From NCBI GenBank assembly GCA_018065085.1, contig JAGHUA010000016.1, forward strand, positions 34,952 through 98,951: 64,000 nucleotides of DNA. The letters run 5' to 3'. The DNA comes from Candidatus Liminaster caballi. Lineage in GTDB: Bacteria > Bacteroidota > Bacteroidia > Bacteroidales > UBA3663. A model generated the notes under the pieces. The model was not told the DNA's origin and did not search any database. It worked only from the letters and a program-made list of their open reading frames with translations. Each line of letters begins with the position of its first letter. The stretch's first letter is position 1. This document shows, one piece after another, positions 36,572-44,707 of this stretch. The position numbers and the translations under genes were made by a program.

Positions 36572-37714
36572 TTATGCTGGATATTGCATGGTGATGCAAT
36601 GGAGTGAACCATGCTGTCTGACAAGAACCTGACAGTCAATGCCTACAATCTCACGGTCAGGGAATGCGTCTTGCAATGCCTCCATCGCCTGTCTGTCCTT
36701 GGCTGGTTGTCCATAGGTCGGCATGAGCACCGCACCATTGACGATAAGGAAATTGGCGTATGTGGCTGGCAGTCGCTGTTCGCGTTCTTCCTCAACGAAA
36801 TAGGCAAAGTTTCCTTCGATGACAGGGTCGGGCAGAGGCACGGGAATCAAGCGGAATGGACGTCCGTCGATGGTGCGAAGCGCCATTAATTCGCGTTCCA
36901 TGGCCGATAGCGTCCCGAAATGCTCGTCTTCCGGATCTGTGCACTGCACATAGACAATGGTGTCATTCGGACAGAGACGTGCCACCGTGTCAATGTGTCC
37001 GTCAGTGTCATCTCCGTCGAGCCAGCTGTTGTCGAGCCATAGGATATGCTTGGCATTGAGCGTACGTCTGAGCATTTCCTCTGCCTCTGCCTTAGTCTCG
37101 TAATAGTTGCGGTTTGGAGCCATCAGGCAGCTGGTTGTGGTGAGTAATGTGCCGCATCCATCGCTCTCCACACTTCCGCCTTCGAGCACGATGCGACGGT
37201 TGTCGGCATAGCTTACCTCGCCTTTCAGATTCTGGCTAAGCCACTCGAATGTGTGTTCGTTGATACGGTTGTCAAAGTTCGATGCAAACTTCTGTCCCCA
37301 TCCGTTGAAGCAGAAATCTGAAAGGATTTTACCTCCTTTATCTCCCTTATCTCCCTTATCTTCTTTATCTCCCTTATCTCCCTTATCTTCTTTATCCTCT
37401 ATACCTTCCATTCCACTCTCTCCCACAAGGGTCAGGAACGCATGATCGCGCGCCCAAGTGTCGTTGGTTGGCACTTCAAGGATGTGGATGCGATCCATCA
37501 TAACGCCAGGAGTGTCATTAAGAATCTCACGGACCGATTCCGGTTCTGGTGTAACGATGATGAGATCCTCGCGCAAAGACACTTCACGAGCCACATTACG
37601 ATAACACTCCACTGCCGATTGGAGATATGGATTCCAGTCGGTGTCGGCATGAGGCCAGGCAATCTGAACGAAGCTCTGAGGCTCCCACTCGGCAGGCAGG
37701 CGTTTAGTGTACAT
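36572..37714 (-). CDS. aguA: agmatine deiminase family protein carrying an about 33-aa low-complexity insertion
   Basis: The N-terminus is LPAEWEPQSFVQIAWPH, with WARD, DGHIDT and the C-terminal GSLHCITMQ catalytic Cys context. The insertion reads ..GIEDKEDKGDKGDKEDKGDKGDKGGK.. Confidence 0.8.
   Translation of the reverse strand: MYTKRLPAEWEPQSFVQIAWPHADTDWNPYLQSAVECYRNVAREVSLREDLIIVTPEPESVREILNDTPGVMMDRIHILEVPTNDTWARDHAFLTLVGESGMEGIEDKEDKGDKGDKEDKGDKGDKGGKILSDFCFNGWGQKFASNFDNRINEHTFEWLSQNLKGEVSYADNRRIVLEGGSVESDGCGTLLTTTSCLMAPNRNYYETKAEAEEMLRRTLNAKHILWLDNSWLDGDDTDGHIDTVARLCPNDTIVYVQCTDPEDEHFGTLSAMERELMALRTIDGRPFRLIPVPLPDPVIEGNFAYFVEEEREQRLPATYANFLIVNGAVLMPTYGQPAKDRQAMEALQDAFPDREIVGIDCQVLVRQHGSLHCITMQYPA
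37337..37399. repeat. in-frame 9-bp x 7 (27-bp x 2.3) tandem repeat inside aguA
   Basis: The + strand reads tttatctcc cttatctcc cttatcttc and so on. The + strand has no G from 37326 to 37428. Confidence 0.9.
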
Positions 37715-39098
37715 TGATATTTTTGGTTATGAAGTTTTCGACGATAGATGAATCAAACTCAGATGACTTTGTGGCGTGGATATTGAGGTCTTCGAAGGTG
37801 AAGTTCGAGAGGTGATAAACCTCTTCCTGCTGCTTGACGTTGAAGAATGTCTCACATTCCACATCGCAGCGCCTCATCGTTATGTGGTCGCTATAGGACA
37901 TAGGGCTGTCTTTGCGTCCTTTGAGGTCGAAGAACTGTTTCCACGGAGCCACATAGATAAAGTTTCCAACCTTGCCCTTTATATCCTCAACGGTGATATA
38001 TTCGTAAAGTTGAGGTGTGTCTGGTCGCATCTTGAGCCAAAGCAGGTGATGGGTAGGTTCGGTGACATTGAGATTGCGCAGGATGATGTTGCTGCTATGA
38101 ACCGACTCGCTGCCAAGTGTCAGACAGCTGTGAGCCTCGCCATACGTACATCCGTCAATGAGGATTCTTGTGTTAGCTCCGTTTCCTTCGCTCTCGGCAG
38201 GAATGTCAACGCCGGGATACTTTTTCTCGAAGGCATCGGCATAAGGCCCCTTGCCACCCTTAATGGCAATCGCATCATCGTTGACCGACATATAACAGCC
38301 GCGCACCAGAATGTCATGTACGGCATCGAGGTCAATGGCATCGGTCGATGGACCTTTTGAGTCATTCGGATGCAGAAGACTGGTGATATGCACACCAGTG
38401 ATACGCACATGATGGCTATTGTAGATATGTGTGGTCCAGAAAGGAGAATTCTGGAGCGTCACGTCCTGAAGTGTCACGTTCTTGCAATCGGAAATATAGA
38501 CGAGACGCGGACGCTGTTCGTCCTTGTTGGTGCATTTGCGATTCCACTGACGACGCAACCAGAACTGCTGGTGATATTTCAAGCCATTGCCATCGATGAT
38601 ACCTTCGCCGGTGATGGTAAAACCGTCAAGACCATCGGCATTGATCAATGCTCCGAAGTATGTGCAGGTCTCGCCTTCGATACGGGTCTTGCCAAGAGGA
38701 TAGTCGCCAATGAAGTCACTACCCATCAGGACGGCACCTTTCATCAGATGAAGATGAGTGTTCTGACGGAAATGCAGACCGCCCGTCATAAAGATTCCGG
38801 GAGGAACAACGATTATGCCGCCGCCATTTGCCGCTGCTTTGTCAATCAGTTCCTGAATCTCTTTGGTATGGACACGACCGTCGGCATTGATGTGAAAGTC
38901 AGTCAACTTATATTGTTGCCCAAGATTAAGGACGTCAACCTTTGTGTTGTCGGCAAACCATGAGTCGATAGGAGTGCCGTCAGGCCACAGATCCTGTACA
39001 GGTTTCTGTGGCTTCTTTGCCGCAAAGGCAGGAACAGCCAGGAAGGCAGCGAATAAAATTGCCAGAATGCTGAGTTTATGTTTACGTGATCGTATCAT
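37704..39098 (-). CDS. glycoside hydrolase family 28-like right-handed beta-helix protein
   Basis: STDAIDL and NDDAIAIKGG correspond to the GH28 NTDGID / DDCIAIKSG motifs. The signal peptide is MIRSRKHKLSILAILFAAFLAVPAFA, so the start was moved to 39098. Confidence 0.7.
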   Translation of the reverse strand: MIRSRKHKLSILAILFAAFLAVPAFAAKKPQKPVQDLWPDGTPIDSWFADNTKVDVLNLGQQYKLTDFHINADGRVHTKEIQELIDKAAANGGGIIVVPPGIFMTGGLHFRQNTHLHLMKGAVLMGSDFIGDYPLGKTRIEGETCTYFGALINADGLDGFTITGEGIIDGNGLKYHQQFWLRRQWNRKCTNKDEQRPRLVYISDCKNVTLQDVTLQNSPFWTTHIYNSHHVRITGVHITSLLHPNDSKGPSTDAIDLDAVHDILVRGCYMSVNDDAIAIKGGKGPYADAFEKKYPGVDIPAESEGNGANTRILIDGCTYGEAHSCLTLGSESVHSSNIILRNLNVTEPTHHLLWLKMRPDTPQLYEYITVEDIKGKVGNFIYVAPWKQFFDLKGRKDSPMSYSDHITMRRCDVECETFFNVKQQEEVYHLSNFTFEDLNIHATKSSEFDSSIVENFITKNINVH

Positions 39099-39418
39099 TG
39101 CTTTTTGTTTTCCTCGCGCGTAATAATATATAATGTGTATAGTTCGAGAACCGTTGCCGTCAGGTAGGCCACAATCCAATAGTTGCCGGTTCTGAACATA
39201 AGGTATGAAGCACCGATGAAGATGAAACCGATGAGATAGCGAATGCGCATCAGTCGTTTCAATCGTACGTTCTTGCCTTCATATCGTTCGCTGAAATGTG
39301 TGATGGCAAGCCCGGCGCTTCCAAGTGCTCCGAGATAGCGGGCAATGTCAGGGTAGGAGAAGGCAAGCAGCACCGCTACCATCAGTATGCAGTATGCAAT
39401 CCGTTCGATATATTTCAT
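39095..39418 (-). CDS. hypothetical small membrane protein
   Basis: Three predicted TM segments are present. The start was moved to the ATG at 39418 (MKYIERIAYCILMVAVLL). The stop overlaps the GH28 start. Confidence 0.45.
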   Translation of the reverse strand: MKYIERIAYCILMVAVLLAFSYPDIARYLGALGSAGLAITHFSERYEGKNVRLKRLMRIRYLIGFIFIGASYLMFRTGNYWIVAYLTATVLELYTLYIITREENKKQ

Positions 39419-39440
39419 TGCTGTCGAATCTATTGTTTGA

Positions 39441-39746
39441 TCATTCGTCAATAAGATAAACGTCCTCGTTGGCACGCTTCATCATAAGTTTCTCTCGTGC
39501 GTAATGCTCCATATCCTCGCGATCGCCACTTACCTCATCGATCGACTCCTGAAAGTGCATTATTGAATCACGATAGCTTGTTATCTGATCCTGCATTATA
39601 GCCTTCTGACGGTTGAGCATGTGTATGGCAAGTATGGAGTGTTCGCTCACAAACATGAGCCATACGCACGCACTTATAATGATTGTGCCAAAGATGTGGT
39701 GTCGGGCATAGTTGAGCCCTTTGAAGAGCGATTCTTTGATTGCCAT
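39441..39746 (-). CDS. septum formation initiator (FtsB/DivIC-like) family protein
   Basis: The 101-aa product has a single N-terminal TM helix followed by a coiled coil, and ends YAREKLMMKRANEDVY. Confidence 0.6.
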   Translation of the reverse strand: MAIKESLFKGLNYARHHIFGTIIISACVWLMFVSEHSILAIHMLNRQKAIMQDQITSYRDSIMHFQESIDEVSGDREDMEHYAREKLMMKRANEDVYLIDE

Positions 39747-39868
39747 AGAATAATTATTTAGGGTGCAAATTTACCGATTTTTCTTGAAATGACCCAATTT
39801 TTATATAAAAATCCGTGTGTTTGGGTGATTTTTATGCTGCCGTTATCTATAATTCGGCATTTTTGTCT

Positions 39869-39876
39869 TATCTTTG
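39869..39876 (+). promoter_or_regulatory. -7 box TATCTTTG placed 4 nt before the ATG (possible leaderless mRNA)
   Basis: The sequence ttatctttgcagcATG was read directly. Confidence 0.5.
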
Positions 39877-39880
39877 CAGC

Positions 39881-40528
39881 ATGAATACGAGCGATATCAC
39901 ACCACTTCTGCAAGAAATGCTGACCGAAATGCAGTCAGTATTGAGCACCGACGACATCAAGGCAGGACTGCCTGAGAATGTCATGACCGATGGTGTTGAT
40001 GCCTCGACACTTTATGTCGAGTGGCAGGAACTCAAGCATAAGCTCGAAAAGCAGAAGCATCTTATCCGCGAACTTGACAATGACATTCTGGGCATGGAAC
40101 CCTGGGGAGATTTTCCGATGTCGCGCATTGATCAGCTTTCGAAACAGGGTCAGAGCCTCCGATTCTGGAAGGTTCGTGATTCTGAGTTCGATGGCAACCG
40201 TCAGCAATGGATTGACAACTATCAGGCCGAACTGGTCAGCAGCAACGGCGGCTATAGCTATTTTGTGACAGTCACACCGATTGAGACCGTCATCGTCCTG
40301 ACTGGAGCGGAGGAAATGAGTGTAACGCCGAGTCCTGTTTCCACATTGTTGTCGCTCCAGACACATGCCAAGGACTCGCTTCATCGCATTATTGTGCAGC
40401 AGGGCGACTTTGCCTTGTCTCATTATAGGGCAATAGAAGAGGCGCTTGGCCTGCATGATACATTGAAGATGCCAACCAAGCGCCATCGTTTCAAGCGAAT
40501 GCTTAAACGTATAATCCGGTCGAAATAG
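39881..40528 (+). CDS. hypothetical coiled-coil protein
   Basis: The start was moved to the ATG at 39881 (MNTSDITPLLQEML). There is a weak resemblance to the N-terminal cytoplasmic domains of V/A-ATPase subunit I, which was not verified. Confidence 0.5.
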   Translation: MNTSDITPLLQEMLTEMQSVLSTDDIKAGLPENVMTDGVDASTLYVEWQELKHKLEKQKHLIRELDNDILGMEPWGDFPMSRIDQLSKQGQSLRFWKVRDSEFDGNRQQWIDNYQAELVSSNGGYSYFVTVTPIETVIVLTGAEEMSVTPSPVSTLLSLQTHAKDSLHRIIVQQGDFALSHYRAIEEALGLHDTLKMPTKRHRFKRMLKRIIRSK

Positions 40529-40554
40529 ACTTACATCCAGATTATTTTCGTTTT

Positions 40555-41682
40555 TTACATCCAGATTATTTCCGATGAGTCACGTCCCAAGGTCATGTTT
40601 TTGCCTGGTTTGACGTCTTCAAGGAAGAGGGTGTTCGGAGCCTCATAGAACTTAATGAAATCGTCTTTTGTGCAAAGATCCGGAGCAGGACCGAAATGTT
40701 CGGCTGGATAGTTGCGCCAAGGTAGCATGTAGCTGATTGGGAAATCATCGCAGATCGGTTTCAGGACACGTGTCCACCATGTCGGATCCGGAGAATTCTG
40801 GATGCCGCACTCGGTCAGCGCGATAGGCTTGCCAGCTTTCTGGGCAAACTCATTGAGGAAAGTCAGATCCGAACGGAGACCATTGACAAAGTCTTCCTCC
40901 GTGCCCCACTGATATGCGTCACAGCCGATCAGGAATACGCGGTCATTGCCAGGATAGCGCTCAAGGAATTTCTCTTCTGTCCAGTTGCCCTGGAGGTTAG
41001 GAGAGAAGCTCCACACGATGTTGGTAGGCAGTTTCTCGTTCATGTAATCCTGGAAAAGATTCCACATTGCACGGTACTGTTCTGCCGTACAGAGTTTCTC
41101 GCCCCACCAGAACCATGAACCGTTATACTCATGGAACGGACGAAGGATAAACGGAATGCGACGGCCTTCCTTTGACTTGATTGTCTCAAGGAAAGTAGCA
41201 ACACGTTCCATCCAGAGTGCAAATTTCTCGGCCTGACTGCCGCCAGGAAGTATATTTTCAACAACGGTTGTGTCGCTCACGTCCCATGTGGTTCCGCCAG
41301 TGAGAGGGTTGCGAGGATGCCAGCTGAATGTGATAATGCCTCCTCGCAGGTAATGCTTGATGGCTTCCTCACGAATCAATGTGAAAGGAACGCTGTCAAG
41401 ATTCTTTTCGTCGCCCATCTCGATACCGCCGAGTTCGAAGCCCATGACGGCAGGATAGTCGCCGGTGACAAGTTTCGTGTCGCTTGAGTCCTTGCAGTAA
41501 GCCCATGTAGTGCCATAGAACGGATCGTCCTGATGTCCGAACATATAGCCATGATTGCGCAGTGTGTCGATGCGATGCTGGAGGCGTTCGGCAGGAGGTG
41601 TGGTGACGATGGCTTCACGATGGAAATTGCATGAGGTGATCAATACAGCCATTGATGCTGCCAGATATAGGATTTTTCTCAT
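40555..41682 (-). CDS. glycoside hydrolase family 26 (beta-mannanase-like)
   Basis: The GH26 motifs SWHPRNP and RPFHEYNGSWFWWG are present, with a signal peptide. Confidence 0.8.
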   Translation of the reverse strand: MRKILYLAASMAVLITSCNFHREAIVTTPPAERLQHRIDTLRNHGYMFGHQDDPFYGTTWAYCKDSSDTKLVTGDYPAVMGFELGGIEMGDEKNLDSVPFTLIREEAIKHYLRGGIITFSWHPRNPLTGGTTWDVSDTTVVENILPGGSQAEKFALWMERVATFLETIKSKEGRRIPFILRPFHEYNGSWFWWGEKLCTAEQYRAMWNLFQDYMNEKLPTNIVWSFSPNLQGNWTEEKFLERYPGNDRVFLIGCDAYQWGTEEDFVNGLRSDLTFLNEFAQKAGKPIALTECGIQNSPDPTWWTRVLKPICDDFPISYMLPWRNYPAEHFGPAPDLCTKDDFIKFYEAPNTLFLEDVKPGKNMTLGRDSSEIIWM

Positions 41683-41764
41683 ATTTATATTATATTGATA
41701 TTATATGGATTTTGGGGGATGACAGACTGTTTGCCGATGTGAATCAGCAAACAGTTCCCTATAA

Positions 41765-43543
41765 TCACTTAATCTCAGCATCGAGCCAGCTTACCATTGC
41801 GGCAAGGGCAGCATTCCAGTTGATGGCAATCTCGTTCGAAGCGTATGATGCCATGTGGTCGTTGTAGGACTCGTCTGGAACGTTCGAAGGATATTCAGGG
41901 CATGTGGCGCGATCCTGCTGACCAGGGTTAGGACCGCCAACGAGGAAACCAGGAAGTGGAGCCTCGACGCCATCGGCCTCAGAGATACGCTGGTGAGGGT
42001 GCATCGGGCTCTTGGTGCCGAAACCGGTCACGTAGCAATAACCTGTGGCATTGCGACCAAAGAGATAATCAGCACACTGGAGTGCGCCCTTGAGATATTT
42101 GTCCTCGCTTGTCAGACGGTATGCAAAGAGCATTGACAGAGCACGCGAACAGCACATTTCGCTAAGGCACCCCCAACCGAAATCTGATGGAGTATTGCCG
42201 TAAGGACTCTGGAAGCATGACGAAGGGACAGACTCAAGACATGCGTCACAGTAGTTGATGAGCTTATACTGCAGACGCTGAGCCAACAGATCTGTCTCAG
42301 GCGAGAAACCGTAAGTGCCCTCGATGAGCCAAGCCATGATAGCGAGACCATTCACATTGCCCCAAGATGGCAGGGTGTAGTCGCCCTTTGGAACGAAACC
42401 CTCGGCAAAGTTGAGATACTGACGCTTGCCGGTAGCGAAATAAAGTTCGCTTGAAGCCCAGAAGAATTCGTCACCGAACGACTCATCATCGTATGCGCCT
42501 GTTGTTACATCTGGATCGAACTTCTCGTTCATTTCATTCTGACGGTAGGCGATAGAAGGGTTCTTGCGAGCCCACAACCAAGCTTTCTTGGCAGCCTCAA
42601 GTGCTGTCTTTGAGAACTCAGCGTATTCCTCATACTGACCGTAGATGCGAGAAGCCTGAGCCATTGCGGCTGCAAAGTCGAGAGTTGCGGCAGTGGTCTT
42701 CTGTACGACGTAGCGCTGCTTGTGGCAGTCGGCTGGCATCTCAAAGCCTTCGAAGCTTGGAACAGTCAGCTTGTGATAGACGCCGCCGTCGTTAGGATCC
42801 TGCATGGTGAGCATCCACTTGAGGTTGAAATAGATCTCGTCGAGATAGTCAGGTGTGGCATTACCGCTCTCAGGGATATTGTAAGAGTATGAAGCGAAAT
42901 GTTCTGGACGCATCTGATAAGCCATGAGCATCAAGCCTGTCGAGAAACCAGAGTTTACGATATACTTGTTGAAGTCACCGGCATCATACCAGCCAAAAGG
43001 AGAACTGATAACGGTTCCTTCAGGACGCTGCTTCGATGCTGCACTTGGGTGGATCAATACCTCGGTGTCAAGGTGTGCTGCAGGACGTGCATATTCCTCG
43101 CCGGCATATTCGGCAAGGATCTCAACACCCGAACGGTTGAGGTAGAAAGCTTTCATCGCACCTACGGCAACCTTGCGCAATGGATGCTCGCTGATCTCCA
43201 CGTTCATGGCATAGTTGCCAGCCTTGAGAACGTACGAACCGGTCTCCTTGACAGATGAGAAATCGACAATCTGGCGAACTTTGCCGCTCATCTCGCTTGT
43301 GGTTTCGCGTACGGCACTTCCTGTCCAAACGGTTTCACCTGTCTGGGCATTGACAAGCGAATAGCTATCGGCAAAAGCATCTGCTTCGATGACAGCCACC
43401 TTTTCCTGTGAAGGGTAGTAACCCACTTGGTTCACTTTGATAACGTCAGCGCAGTTTGCGTCTGTCGTCACAATTTCTTTTTTGCCTGGTGTGCATGCTG
43501 TGAGCAATGCTGCAGCAAGGGCAATGGTCAGGTTTGATTTCAT
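41765..43543 (-). CDS. glycoside hydrolase family 9 endoglucanase with an N-terminal Ig-like domain
   Basis: GWYDAGDFNKY, GGVYHKL and the C-terminal SYASNEIAINWNAAL are present. A lipoprotein-type signal is present (LLTAC). Confidence 0.8.
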   Translation of the reverse strand: MKSNLTIALAAALLTACTPGKKEIVTTDANCADVIKVNQVGYYPSQEKVAVIEADAFADSYSLVNAQTGETVWTGSAVRETTSEMSGKVRQIVDFSSVKETGSYVLKAGNYAMNVEISEHPLRKVAVGAMKAFYLNRSGVEILAEYAGEEYARPAAHLDTEVLIHPSAASKQRPEGTVISSPFGWYDAGDFNKYIVNSGFSTGLMLMAYQMRPEHFASYSYNIPESGNATPDYLDEIYFNLKWMLTMQDPNDGGVYHKLTVPSFEGFEMPADCHKQRYVVQKTTAATLDFAAAMAQASRIYGQYEEYAEFSKTALEAAKKAWLWARKNPSIAYRQNEMNEKFDPDVTTGAYDDESFGDEFFWASSELYFATGKRQYLNFAEGFVPKGDYTLPSWGNVNGLAIMAWLIEGTYGFSPETDLLAQRLQYKLINYCDACLESVPSSCFQSPYGNTPSDFGWGCLSEMCCSRALSMLFAYRLTSEDKYLKGALQCADYLFGRNATGYCYVTGFGTKSPMHPHQRISEADGVEAPLPGFLVGGPNPGQQDRATCPEYPSNVPDESYNDHMASYASNEIAINWNAALAAMVSWLDAEIK

Positions 43544-43615
43544 GATGTTAAATATTATATTGTTTTTGAGGTATATTTTATTATTAGTAATCTCAAGTTT
43601 CCGATTTTTCGTCGG

Positions 43616-44689
43616 TTATTCAGTCATTGCGATACATTCCATCTCGACGAGCCATCCTGGACGGCACACGGGAGCCAGAACATAGACCTTTGGCAACGCA
43701 GGTAGGGCTGAGTCAATGACATTGCGCACCTTCATGTAGTCGGCAGCATTACGCAGATATACGATGCCGTGCATGAGGTCGCTCATCTGTGCGCCGCCTT
43801 CATTGACCAACACCTCAATATTTTCGAGCATACGCCGAGCCTGTTGTTGAGCGTCGTCAGGGTAGAGTATCTGTCCGTGGTTGTCGATGCTTGCCGTGCC
43901 GCTGATCAGAATCATGTTACGGTCATCAAACTGCACTTTTGTGGCGCGTTCGAAAGTCACACCATATTCGGCAGTCGGATTCAGATGGCTGCTACCTTTT
44001 AAATATGTTATGCGCGAAAGGTCGAGCCCGCTTACCGTGTATGTGTCCAGTTGCACTAGCGCCTCGCAGTCGGCAGGATTGCCATTGATACCCGTGCTGG
44101 CAACGTAATGAGTGTCGCGAGTCAGGCCGTTGTCGTCAAAATATTCCCTTCGCGCAACGACGAGGCCGTGATAGTTCTTGTCAATGTCCCGGACAAAGAA
44201 CCATGTGCGCAAGCAGTTGTCGGCAAGATTGAGCCCTTTATCCTTGAGATCGTTGTTGTATTTCACCAACAGTGCGCGACTCTGTGATTCGGAGTCGGAG
44301 AGAGGTGCGCCGTCGTCTGAGACAGTTGCTACATAGTTCGAGCCGAATATGTGACGGCAACCATTGTCTGCCTTGTCTTCAAGCCATAGCCAAAGCGCAG
44401 CGGCAGTACCGTCGAGAGGTGCCTGACCGATGCATGACAGATTTTCTGCCGCACAGCCGATGCCATCCTTCACCATCATTCGTCCGAACAGCACATTTGC
44501 TCCAAGCTGGTCGGTAAGCAGCGATTGGGCATCGAGCAGAGCCTTGACCTGATCTGTGTCTGAGCGTTCTGTGTTGGCATCAAGCGTGAGCATGGCATGC
44601 CACTCCGTACGACCTGCTGATGAACGGAATCTGCTCAACGAAACATTGACGTTAAGGTGCTTGTATGCTCTTGTCTCTTGTATTATCAT
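43616..44689 (-). CDS. two-domain RidA/YjgF-fold protein, FkbO/Hyg5 chorismatase-like
   Basis: The C-terminal domain (ILISGTASID..G......D...Q....L.NI..L) is RidA-like. The 357-aa two-domain size fits the chorismatase family. The call is tentative. Confidence 0.45.
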   Translation of the reverse strand: MIIQETRAYKHLNVNVSLSRFRSSAGRTEWHAMLTLDANTERSDTDQVKALLDAQSLLTDQLGANVLFGRMMVKDGIGCAAENLSCIGQAPLDGTAAALWLWLEDKADNGCRHIFGSNYVATVSDDGAPLSDSESQSRALLVKYNNDLKDKGLNLADNCLRTWFFVRDIDKNYHGLVVARREYFDDNGLTRDTHYVASTGINGNPADCEALVQLDTYTVSGLDLSRITYLKGSSHLNPTAEYGVTFERATKVQFDDRNMILISGTASIDNHGQILYPDDAQQQARRMLENIEVLVNEGGAQMSDLMHGIVYLRNAADYMKVRNVIDSALPALPKVYVLAPVCRPGWLVEMECIAMTE

Positions 44690-44707
44690 AGGTATTGTAA
44701 ATCGGTT

